This document shows, piece after piece, positions 17,358-25,915 of a stretch of 42,936 nucleotides of DNA. Every line of letters begins with the position of its first letter. Position 1 is the first letter of the stretch. The notes under the pieces were generated by a model, which was not told where the DNA came from, ran no database searches, and worked only from the letters and a program-made list of their open reading frames with translations. Position numbers and translations under genes: made by a program. Origin of the DNA: a bacterium. Lineage in GTDB: Bacteria; Patescibacteriota; Patescibacteriia; JACQSD01. The stretch lies in assembly GCA_030648795.1 (NCBI GenBank), contig JAUSHC010000022.1, positions 1 through 42,936 of the forward strand, given 5' to 3'.

Positions 17358-18567
17358 AAGCCGCCCTGCCAAAGGCACGGCTACGGCCGCCTCGGGGCGC
17401 CCTGCTTCTAACGGGGTGAACCCCGCTAAGATTTCTGTTGTTCTTCTTACATACAATGGGAAGAAGTATCTTCCTGATTTATTCGCAAGCCTGCAAAAGA
17501 CTGCGTGCGCGTATCCATGGCAATTGATTGTCGTGGATAATGCGTCGACGGATGGCACAGCCGAGTGGCTTACGAATTATGAATCAGGAATTAAGAATCA
17601 GGGGGATCGTCAACTCCATAATTCATTATTCATAATTCATAATTCTACTAACGCGGGTTTTGCCGCCGGCAACAATGTCGGTATCCGTAAAGCGCTTGCA
17701 GACGGCGCAGAGTACGTTGTTCTTTTGAATCAAGATACGGTTGTGGATCCGAATTGGCTCACAGAACTTGTTGTAGCCGCGGAAAGCGACGAAACTATTG
17801 GTGCCGTGCAGGCGCGACTCATGCTTTGGGATAAAAAAGATACAGTAAACTCCCTCGGCAACGAGATTCACTTTCTCGGCTTTGGGTATACGAGTGGATA
17901 TAAAAAAACTTATGCCGCCTACGGACGGCACCCCGTCAACGGCGGTGGCAACTTAACCGCCTACCGGATAGGCAGGCAACTTACAACTGACAACTATCCA
18001 GAGATCACCTACGCCTCCGGCGCCGCTGTCTTATACCGCGCAAAAGCACTCCGCGAGGTCGGGCTCTTCGATGAGTCGCTTTGGATGTATCACGATGATT
18101 TGGATCTTGGATGGCGACTCTGGCGCGCGGGATGGAAAAATGTTTTAGCACACGTATCCGTTGTTTACCACAAATACGAATTTTCGCGGAGCATTAAAAA
18201 ATATTATTTCATGGAACGCAATCGTTTTTTGGTGTTGTTTGAGAATTATTCGTTGCGAACGCTCGTACTGATCGCTCCTGCGCTCGTCGTGATGGAGCTT
18301 GGACTTTTTGTGAAAGCGATTGTGTCGGGGTGGGGGAAGGAAAAACTGCGGGCGTATGCGTATTTTTTTCAACTTTCGGCATGGCGAATGGTTTTAGAAA
18401 AGCGCAAAGAGAAACAGAAATTTTTCCGTTGTCCCGAACGAGAATTGTTAGCGCGCTTTACGGGCGTGATTGCATTTCAAGATCTGCAAAGCTCCGTGCT
18501 TACGTATATCGCAAATCCGATATTTAATGCGTATTGGCAGATCATCCAATATATACTTCGAGTGTAG
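17344..18567 (+). CDS. Glycosyltransferase family 2 (WbbL/rhamnosyltransferase-like) with three in-frame inserts
   Basis: VDNASTDGT, GFAAGNNVG, LLNQD, GLFDE, YHDDLDLGWR; start may be the GTG at 17416. Confidence 0.92.
   Translation: MNPVRSRPAKGTATAASGRPASNGVNPAKISVVLLTYNGKKYLPDLFASLQKTACAYPWQLIVVDNASTDGTAEWLTNYESGIKNQGDRQLHNSLFIIHNSTNAGFAAGNNVGIRKALADGAEYVVLLNQDTVVDPNWLTELVVAAESDETIGAVQARLMLWDKKDTVNSLGNEIHFLGFGYTSGYKKTYAAYGRHPVNGGGNLTAYRIGRQLTTDNYPEITYASGAAVLYRAKALREVGLFDESLWMYHDDLDLGWRLWRAGWKNVLAHVSVVYHKYEFSRSIKKYYFMERNRFLVLFENYSLRTLVLIAPALVVMELGLFVKAIVSGWGKEKLRAYAYFFQLSAWRMVLEKRKEKQKFFRCPERELLARFTGVIAFQDLQSSVLTYIANPIFNAYWQIIQYILRV
17345..17420. mobile_element. MITE-like 68-nt element, copy 2 (in frame at the GT2 N-terminus)
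   Basis: TGAA-ccccgttagaag...cttctaacgggg-TGAA; encodes NPVRSRPAKGTATAASGRPASNGV. Confidence 0.75.
17574..17645. repeat. Heptamer-built hairpin insert, copy 2 (in frame)
   Basis: gaattat gaatcag gaattaa gaatcag .. ataattc attattc ataattc ataattc; 72 nt. Confidence 0.85.
17907..17996 (+). repeat. Composite insert: CAACTTA-type heptamers interrupted by two GC-rich hairpins
   Basis: aactta-tgccgcc..ggtggca-acttaa-ccgcctaccggataggcagg-caacttacaactgacaacta. Confidence 0.7.
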
Positions 18568-18583
18568 TCGAGAAGTACATTTT

Positions 18584-19603
18584 ATGAAACATTCCGTCAT
18601 CGAAAATCCTTTCGCTCCAGAAAAACAGCGCAGTTCCGACGACTCTGCTTTTGTTGGGAAGATTTTGGGTGCGGAAGCGGAAGCTGCGATGCGGAAAGCA
18701 GTAGGAAAGACAGAGGTGCAGGAACCCGAGCCAGCGACAGACCTTGATCTTACAGACGCCGAGCATGTGCGAGCTGAACAAGAGAGGCGAGAACGTTCTT
18801 CAGAATGGAAAATGGAACACGCGCGGAAAGAGCTTTGTGCATGGGCGGAGGAGATTGGAAAAGATGCTGATTGGGCTCTCGAAACCTTTACCATCCACAC
18901 TGACGGCACGCTTACGGTAGAAGGGGATTTGGATCTCACGCATCTTCCGGTGACGCATCTCCCCAAAGGATTGCGAGAGGTTGGAGGAATCCTTGGTCTC
19001 GGAATGACGAAAATTATTTCCATTGAAGGGTTTCCGGAAAAGGTTGGTGGGGATGTTGATCTTACGGGAGTTCAAATTATTTCTCTTAAAGGTTTTCCGC
19101 AGACTATCGGTGGCAATATTTTTCTTGCGGATACTAGAATAAAATCTCTCCATGGACTGCCAAAAAAAATTGAAAAAGATCTTCATCTTTCGCGTACTGA
19201 TATTGCATCCTTGAGAGGTCTTCCGCAAAACATTGGCGGTAGTCTTTATCTTGATGGTGTTACAACTCTTATGTCTCTTGATGGATTGCCGGAAAGGATT
19301 CCTGGAGATCTTAGTCTTTACTGGTCTCTCGTCTCTTCCCTTCACGGATTATCCAAGGAAATTGGAGGGGATCTTGATCTACGAGGCACGAGCATCACTT
19401 CTCTTGACGGACTTCCTCTGCCTGAAAATATTGGAGGGAAGGTACTTCTTTTTACTCAACAACAGGATGCACTTATTAGTGTAGTGGGAAAAGACGATGA
19501 TTATTATGGTATATATGATATAGACGACAAGACGGATGTTGAACGGACGGATGATGAACGGACTCGAGAGGAGGCAAATAAACCAGAGGATCGACTTTAT
19601 TGA
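18584..19603 (+). CDS. Leucine-rich-repeat-like protein with 22-aa GGDLDL repeats
   Basis: About 8 repeats of IGGxLxLxxTxIxSLxGLPxx; ATG 18584. Confidence 0.8.
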   Translation: MKHSVIENPFAPEKQRSSDDSAFVGKILGAEAEAAMRKAVGKTEVQEPEPATDLDLTDAEHVRAEQERRERSSEWKMEHARKELCAWAEEIGKDADWALETFTIHTDGTLTVEGDLDLTHLPVTHLPKGLREVGGILGLGMTKIISIEGFPEKVGGDVDLTGVQIISLKGFPQTIGGNIFLADTRIKSLHGLPKKIEKDLHLSRTDIASLRGLPQNIGGSLYLDGVTTLMSLDGLPERIPGDLSLYWSLVSSLHGLSKEIGGDLDLRGTSITSLDGLPLPENIGGKVLLFTQQQDALISVVGKDDDYYGIYDIDDKTDVERTDDERTREEANKPEDRLY

Positions 19604-19611
19604 AAAATTTT

Positions 19612-20793
19612 ATGCGCATCGCTCATCTCGTTTCCACGTTTCCTCCCTACTATGGTGGCATGGGCAATGCCGTATTTGGCATGGCGCAGGAATCGGCGAA
19701 GCGCGGGCACGAGGTGACGGTGTTAACGGCGAAGCAGGAATCAGGAATAAGGAATAAGGGAGATCGATCCATAATTCCTAATTCATTATTCATAATTCGA
19801 AGATTGCGTTCGTTCGGCCGATGGGGCAACGCCGCGTTCCTTCCCCAACTTTTTTGGATGCTTGATGATTACGACATTGTGCATCTGCATTACCCGTTTT
19901 TTGGCGGGGCGGAAGCTGCAGCACTTTGGCGCGCATCGCAGTTAAAACGAGGGCGGCAGCTTGTCGTCACGTATCACATGGATGCGATCGCCGACGGATG
20001 GCTTGGTCGTGTGTTCGCGTGGCACAATCGTTTCATTCTTCCCTCCATTCTTTCTTTAGCGGATCGAATCATCGTGACATCGTTCGATTATGCAGAACAT
20101 TCTTTGCTGAAGCAGTACGAATCACGCGTGAAAAATAAGATGGTAGAGATTCCATTAGGTGTTGATACCGAGCGTTTTACGCCTCGAGAAAAGGACGCAG
20201 AACTATTACGACAGCACAAGATTGATCCGGCATCATTTACATTGTTGTTTGTTGGCGGGCTTGATCGCGCACATGCATTTAAAGGCGTCGAAGTGTTGAT
20301 CCGTTCGTTTAAACTTTTTTCAGAATTTCAACATGTGGATGATAGGAGAGCACATACGCTCGTCATCGTCGGTGATGGCGCCCTTCGACCATCGTATGCT
20401 GCGCTTGCGCTTGAGCTTGGAATACAGGATAAAATTGTATTTACCGGTCGTGTTGCGCCTGATGATCTTCCGCGGTATTATGCGACTGCGGATTGTGTTG
20501 TACTACCATCGATAAACCAGTCAGAAGCTTTTGGTATGACAATTCTTGAGGCAATGGCTTGTGGAAGACCGGTAATTGCATCGCTTCTTCCGGGTGTGAG
20601 GAAGCTTGTTCTTGACCGGAGGACGGGCTTATTTGCGAAGCCGAGCGATATTGTTGGTCTTGCGAAAGTCATCGCAGTAATTGCTGATGATCCCGAACTT
20701 CGCGTACGATACGGCAATGCGGGAAGAGAGCGAGCACTTGATCGATATACATGGAGCGCCGTGGGAGAGGAGTTGGAGCGAGTGTATCGATAA
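19612..20793 (+). CDS. Glycosyltransferase family 4
   Basis: FPPYYGGM, HLHYPF, FVGGLD..FKG, SEAFGMTILEAMACG; ATG 19612. Confidence 0.93.
   Translation: MRIAHLVSTFPPYYGGMGNAVFGMAQESAKRGHEVTVLTAKQESGIRNKGDRSIIPNSLFIIRRLRSFGRWGNAAFLPQLFWMLDDYDIVHLHYPFFGGAEAAALWRASQLKRGRQLVVTYHMDAIADGWLGRVFAWHNRFILPSILSLADRIIVTSFDYAEHSLLKQYESRVKNKMVEIPLGVDTERFTPREKDAELLRQHKIDPASFTLLFVGGLDRAHAFKGVEVLIRSFKLFSEFQHVDDRRAHTLVIVGDGALRPSYAALALELGIQDKIVFTGRVAPDDLPRYYATADCVVLPSINQSEAFGMTILEAMACGRPVIASLLPGVRKLVLDRRTGLFAKPSDIVGLAKVIAVIADDPELRVRYGNAGRERALDRYTWSAVGEELERVYR
19731..19798. repeat. Heptamer-built hairpin insert, copy 3 (in frame)
   Basis: gaagcag gaatcag gaataag gaataag .. ataattc ctaattc attattc ataattc. Confidence 0.85.
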
Positions 20794-20797
20794 ATAT

Positions 20798-21468
20798 ATG
20801 CGTATCTGTCTTATCAGCAATCTTTATCCTCCCTATACTCGTGGCGGGGCGGAGCGGGTGGTTGCAACGATTGCGAAGGAATTGCAACGCGCAGGGCATA
20901 GCGTGATCGTGATCACAACCGTGCCATCGTTTGCGGCGAATATAAAGGCGCTTGCGTCTGGTGGGTTTCTTCATGAAACGGTTGACGGCATCACCGTGTA
21001 TCGCATCGCAACCGCGAACCTTTTTCCGTACTGGACCATTGGCGAACATAATGTTGTGATGCGTTTCATTTGGCATGTGTTTGATATGTTTGCCTTTGAA
21101 ACCGCAGCAACAGTACGTCGCATTTTGCGAAAAGAAAAAGCGGACGTGGTGATGACGCACAATTTGAAGGGGATTGGGTTCTTGGTCCCGCGGGCGATTC
21201 GACGTCTTGGTATTCGGCATATTCATACGGCACACGATGTCCAGCTTGCAGTGCCTTCCGGTCTCATTTTTGTTAGGCAGAAACCGGTGTTCATTCTTTT
21301 GTTCCTTATGCAGTGGTATGAGCGATTGACGCGCTGGCTTATCGGTTCGCCGGACGTGGTCGTCTCACCATCGCAATGGCTCCTTGATTTTTATACCGAA
21401 CGAGGATTTTTTTCGCAGTCCAAAAAAGTTGTCTTGCATAATCCGATTTTACAAGGGGCACCCTTGCA
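20798..21468 (+). CDS. Glycosyltransferase family 4, N-terminal domain only, cut by the fold point (the ORF reads on to 21598 in mirrored sequence)
   Basis: SNLYPPYTRGGAE, HTAHD, VSPSQW, VLHNPI; no C-terminal ExF-type motif. Confidence 0.85.
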
Positions 21469-21485
21469 TGCAAGGGTGCCCCTTG
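21452..21485. repeat. REP-like doublet of 15-nt quasi-palindromes at the symmetry centre
   Basis: caaggggcacccttg-catg-caagggtgccccttg. Confidence 0.65.
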
Positions 21486-22139
21486 TAAAATCGGATTATG
21501 CAAGACAACTTTTTTGGACTGCGAAAAAAATCCTCGTTCGGTATAAAAATCAAGGAGCCATTGCGATGGTGAGACGACCACGTCCGGCGAACCGATAAGC
21601 CAGCGCGTCAATCGCTCATACCACTGCATAAGGAACAAAAGAATGAACACCGGTTTCTGCCTAACAAAAATGAGACCGGAAGGCACTGCAAGCTGGACAT
21701 CGTGTGCCGTATGAATATGCCGAATACCAAGACGTCGAATCGCCCGCGGGACCAAGAACCCAATCCCCTTCAAATTGTGCGTCATCACCACGTCCGCTTT
21801 TTCTTTTCGCAAAATGCGACGTACTGTTGCTGCGGTTTCAAAGGCAAACATATCAAACACATGCCAAATGAAACGCATCACAACATTATGTTCGCCAATG
21901 GTCCAGTACGGAAAAAGGTTCGCGGTTGCGATGCGATACACGGTGATGCCGTCAACCGTTTCATGAAGAAACCCACCAGACGCAAGCGCCTTTATATTCG
22001 CCGCAAACGATGGCACGGTTGTGATCACGATCACGCTATGCCCTGCGCGTTGCAATTCCTTCGCAATCGTTGCAACCACCCGCTCCGCCCCGCCACGAGT
22101 ATAGGGAGGATAAAGATTGCTGATAAGACAGATACGCAT
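21469..22139 (-). CDS. GT4 N-terminal fragment (mirror copy)
   Basis: Mirror of 20798-21468. Confidence 0.75.
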
Positions 22140-22143
22140 ATAT

Positions 22144-23325
22144 TTATCGATACACTCGCTCCAACTCCTCTCCCACGGCGCTCCATGTATATCGATCAAG
22201 TGCTCGCTCTCTTCCCGCATTGCCGTATCGTACGCGAAGTTCGGGATCATCAGCAATTACTGCGATGACTTTCGCAAGACCAACAATATCGCTCGGCTTC
22301 GCAAATAAGCCCGTCCTCCGGTCAAGAACAAGCTTCCTCACACCCGGAAGAAGCGATGCAATTACCGGTCTTCCACAAGCCATTGCCTCAAGAATTGTCA
22401 TACCAAAAGCTTCTGACTGGTTTATCGATGGTAGTACAACACAATCCGCAGTCGCATAATACCGCGGAAGATCATCAGGCGCAACACGACCGGTAAATAC
22501 AATTTTATCCTGTATTCCAAGCTCAAGCGCAAGCGCAGCATACGATGGTCGAAGGGCGCCATCACCGACGATGACGAGCGTATGTGCTCTCCTATCATCC
22601 ACATGTTGAAATTCTGAAAAAAGTTTAAACGAACGGATCAACACTTCGACGCCTTTAAATGCATGTGCGCGATCAAGCCCGCCAACAAACAACAATGTAA
22701 ATGATGCCGGATCAATCTTGTGCTGTCGTAATAGTTCTGCGTCCTTTTCTCGAGGCGTAAAACGCTCGGTATCAACACCTAATGGAATCTCTACCATCTT
22801 ATTTTTCACGCGTGATTCGTACTGCTTCAGCAAAGAATGTTCTGCATAATCGAACGATGTCACGATGATTCGATCCGCTAAAGAAAGAATGGAGGGAAGA
22901 ATGAAACGATTGTGCCACGCGAACACACGACCAAGCCATCCGTCGGCGATCGCATCCATGTGATACGTGACGACAAGCTGCCGCCCTCGTTTTAACTGCG
23001 ATGCGCGCCAAAGTGCTGCAGCTTCCGCCCCGCCAAAAAACGGGTAATGCAGATGCACAATGTCGTAATCATCAAGCATCCAAAAAAGTTGGGGAAGGAA
23101 CGCGGCGTTGCCCCATCGGCCGAACGAACGCAATCTTCGAATTATGAATAATGAATTAGGAATTATGGATCGATCTCCCTTATTCCTTATTCCTGATTCC
23201 TGCTTCGCCGTTAACACCGTCACCTCGTGCCCGCGCTTCGCCGATTCCTGCGCCATGCCAAATACGGCATTGCCCATGCCACCATAGTAGGGAGGAAACG
23301 TGGAAACGAGATGAGCGATGCGCAT
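22144..23325 (-). CDS. Glycosyltransferase family 4 (mirror copy)
   Basis: Mirror of 19612-20793. Confidence 0.85.
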   Translation of the reverse strand: MRIAHLVSTFPPYYGGMGNAVFGMAQESAKRGHEVTVLTAKQESGIRNKGDRSIIPNSLFIIRRLRSFGRWGNAAFLPQLFWMLDDYDIVHLHYPFFGGAEAAALWRASQLKRGRQLVVTYHMDAIADGWLGRVFAWHNRFILPSILSLADRIIVTSFDYAEHSLLKQYESRVKNKMVEIPLGVDTERFTPREKDAELLRQHKIDPASFTLLFVGGLDRAHAFKGVEVLIRSFKLFSEFQHVDDRRAHTLVIVGDGALRPSYAALALELGIQDKIVFTGRVAPDDLPRYYATADCVVLPSINQSEAFGMTILEAMACGRPVIASLLPGVRKLVLDRRTGLFAKPSDIVGLAKVIAVIADDPELRVRYGNAGRERALDRYTWSAVGEELERVYR

Positions 23326-23333
23326 AAAATTTT

Positions 23334-24353
23334 TCAATAAAGTCGATCCTCTGGTTTATTTGCCTCCTCTCGAGTCCGTTCATCATCCGTCCGTTCAACA
23401 TCCGTCTTGTCGTCTATATCATATATACCATAATAATCATCGTCTTTTCCCACTACACTAATAAGTGCATCCTGTTGTTGAGTAAAAAGAAGTACCTTCC
23501 CTCCAATATTTTCAGGCAGAGGAAGTCCGTCAAGAGAAGTGATGCTCGTGCCTCGTAGATCAAGATCCCCTCCAATTTCCTTGGATAATCCGTGAAGGGA
23601 AGAGACGAGAGACCAGTAAAGACTAAGATCTCCAGGAATCCTTTCCGGCAATCCATCAAGAGACATAAGAGTTGTAACACCATCAAGATAAAGACTACCG
23701 CCAATGTTTTGCGGAAGACCTCTCAAGGATGCAATATCAGTACGCGAAAGATGAAGATCTTTTTCAATTTTTTTTGGCAGTCCATGGAGAGATTTTATTC
23801 TAGTATCCGCAAGAAAAATATTGCCACCGATAGTCTGCGGAAAACCTTTAAGAGAAATAATTTGAACTCCCGTAAGATCAACATCCCCACCAACCTTTTC
23901 CGGAAACCCTTCAATGGAAATAATTTTCGTCATTCCGAGACCAAGGATTCCTCCAACCTCTCGCAATCCTTTGGGGAGATGCGTCACCGGAAGATGCGTG
24001 AGATCCAAATCCCCTTCTACCGTAAGCGTGCCGTCAGTGTGGATGGTAAAGGTTTCGAGAGCCCAATCAGCATCTTTTCCAATCTCCTCCGCCCATGCAC
24101 AAAGCTCTTTCCGCGCGTGTTCCATTTTCCATTCTGAAGAACGTTCTCGCCTCTCTTGTTCAGCTCGCACATGCTCGGCGTCTGTAAGATCAAGGTCTGT
24201 CGCTGGCTCGGGTTCCTGCACCTCTGTCTTTCCTACTGCTTTCCGCATCGCAGCTTCCGCTTCCGCACCCAAAATCTTCCCAACAAAAGCAGAGTCGTCG
24301 GAACTGCGCTGTTTTTCTGGAGCGAAAGGATTTTCGATGACGGAATGTTTCAT
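23334..24353 (-). CDS. LRR-like repeat protein (mirror copy)
   Basis: Mirror of 18584-19603. Confidence 0.75.
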   Translation of the reverse strand: MKHSVIENPFAPEKQRSSDDSAFVGKILGAEAEAAMRKAVGKTEVQEPEPATDLDLTDAEHVRAEQERRERSSEWKMEHARKELCAWAEEIGKDADWALETFTIHTDGTLTVEGDLDLTHLPVTHLPKGLREVGGILGLGMTKIISIEGFPEKVGGDVDLTGVQIISLKGFPQTIGGNIFLADTRIKSLHGLPKKIEKDLHLSRTDIASLRGLPQNIGGSLYLDGVTTLMSLDGLPERIPGDLSLYWSLVSSLHGLSKEIGGDLDLRGTSITSLDGLPLPENIGGKVLLFTQQQDALISVVGKDDDYYGIYDIDDKTDVERTDDERTREEANKPEDRLY

Positions 24354-24369
24354 AAAATGTACTTCTCGA

Positions 24370-25593
24370 CTACACTCGAAGTATATATTGGATGATCTGC
24401 CAATACGCATTAAATATCGGATTTGCGATATACGTAAGCACGGAGCTTTGCAGATCTTGAAATGCAATCACGCCCGTAAAGCGCGCTAACAATTCTCGTT
24501 CGGGACAACGGAAAAATTTCTGTTTCTCTTTGCGCTTTTCTAAAACCATTCGCCATGCCGAAAGTTGAAAAAAATACGCATACGCCCGCAGTTTTTCCTT
24601 CCCCCACCCCGACACAATCGCTTTCACAAAAAGTCCAAGCTCCATCACGACGAGCGCAGGAGCGATCAGTACGAGCGTTCGCAACGAATAATTCTCAAAC
24701 AACACCAAAAAACGATTGCGTTCCATGAAATAATATTTTTTAATGCTCCGCGAAAATTCGTATTTGTGGTAAACAACGGATACGTGTGCTAAAACATTTT
24801 TCCATCCCGCGCGCCAGAGTCGCCATCCAAGATCCAAATCATCGTGATACATCCAAAGCGACTCATCGAAGAGCCCGACCTCGCGGAGTGCTTTTGCGCG
24901 GTATAAGACAGCGGCGCCGGAGGCGTAGGTGATCTCTGGATAGTTGTCAGTTGTAAGTTGCCTGCCTATCCGGTAGGCGGTTAAGTTGCCACCGCCGTTG
25001 ACGGGGTGCCGTCCGTAGGCGGCATAAGTTTTTTTATATCCACTCGTATACCCAAAGCCGAGAAAGTGAATCTCGTTGCCGAGGGAGTTTACTGTATCTT
25101 TTTTATCCCAAAGCATGAGTCGCGCCTGCACGGCACCAATAGTTTCGTCGCTTTCCGCGGCTACAACAAGTTCTGTGAGCCAATTCGGATCCACAACCGT
25201 ATCTTGATTCAAAAGAACAACGTACTCTGCGCCGTCTGCAAGCGCTTTACGGATACCGACATTGTTGCCGGCGGCAAAACCCGCGTTAGTAGAATTATGA
25301 ATTATGAATAATGAATTATGGAGTTGACGATCCCCCTGATTCTTAATTCCTGATTCATAATTCGTAAGCCACTCGGCTGTGCCATCCGTCGACGCATTAT
25401 CCACGACAATCAATTGCCATGGATACGCGCACGCAGTCTTTTGCAGGCTTGCGAATAAATCAGGAAGATACTTCTTCCCATTGTATGTAAGAAGAACAAC
25501 AGAAATCTTAGCGGGGTTCACCCCGTTAGAAGCAGGGCGCCCCGAGGCGGCCGTAGCCGTGCCTTTGGCAGGGCGGCTTCTAACGGGGTTCAT
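24370..25593 (-). CDS. Glycosyltransferase family 2 (mirror copy)
   Basis: Mirror of 17344-18567. Confidence 0.85.
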   Translation of the reverse strand: MNPVRSRPAKGTATAASGRPASNGVNPAKISVVLLTYNGKKYLPDLFASLQKTACAYPWQLIVVDNASTDGTAEWLTNYESGIKNQGDRQLHNSLFIIHNSTNAGFAAGNNVGIRKALADGAEYVVLLNQDTVVDPNWLTELVVAAESDETIGAVQARLMLWDKKDTVNSLGNEIHFLGFGYTSGYKKTYAAYGRHPVNGGGNLTAYRIGRQLTTDNYPEITYASGAAVLYRAKALREVGLFDESLWMYHDDLDLGWRLWRAGWKNVLAHVSVVYHKYEFSRSIKKYYFMERNRFLVLFENYSLRTLVLIAPALVVMELGLFVKAIVSGWGKEKLRAYAYFFQLSAWRMVLEKRKEKQKFFRCPERELLARFTGVIAFQDLQSSVLTYIANPIFNAYWQIIQYILRV

Positions 25594-25915
25594 GGTCGTT
25601 TTCTTCTAACGCCTTTCGCCGAACAAGCAACGTGATATCGCGTTCGATCCGTTCGATGCGAGTAAAAATACGGAACACCACATAAAAAAGAATCACGAGT
25701 GCAGCGTACAGTACGACATCAACCCCCCTCCCGACGCCAAGAACATCCGCAAAGCGATTCAAACTATTCGGCCATGCAATGACGATCGCCGCACACAACC
25801 AAAAAAAGAACCAAAATAAAAATTCGCGCGTCGTTATTTCATGTGCCTTCGCGCGCATCACCACTCGGGACAACGCAAAAAAGACAAAAAGAATAAGAAG
25901 GTATTGAATAAGCAT
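25580..25915 (-). CDS. DUF2304 family protein (mirror copy)
   Basis: Mirror of 17022-17357. Confidence 0.8.
   Translation of the reverse strand: MLIQYLLILFVFFALSRVVMRAKAHEITTREFLFWFFFWLCAAIVIAWPNSLNRFADVLGVGRGVDVVLYAALVILFYVVFRIFTRIERIERDITLLVRRKALEENDHEPR

Noticed and set aside
11874-19798. CRISPR array or DGR template/variable repeat pair
   Set aside because: Repeats are dispersed and lack spacers; no cas or reverse transcriptase gene; differences between copies are not adenine-specific.
21440-21497. Protelomerase (telRL) hairpin telomere
   Set aside because: No telomere resolvase in the window, the site interrupts a gene, and it matches the local 15-mer doublet geometry; cannot be fully excluded without reads.
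21486-21598. Novel C-terminus on the 305-aa GT4 ORF
   Set aside because: It is antisense read-through of the same gene created by the mirror.
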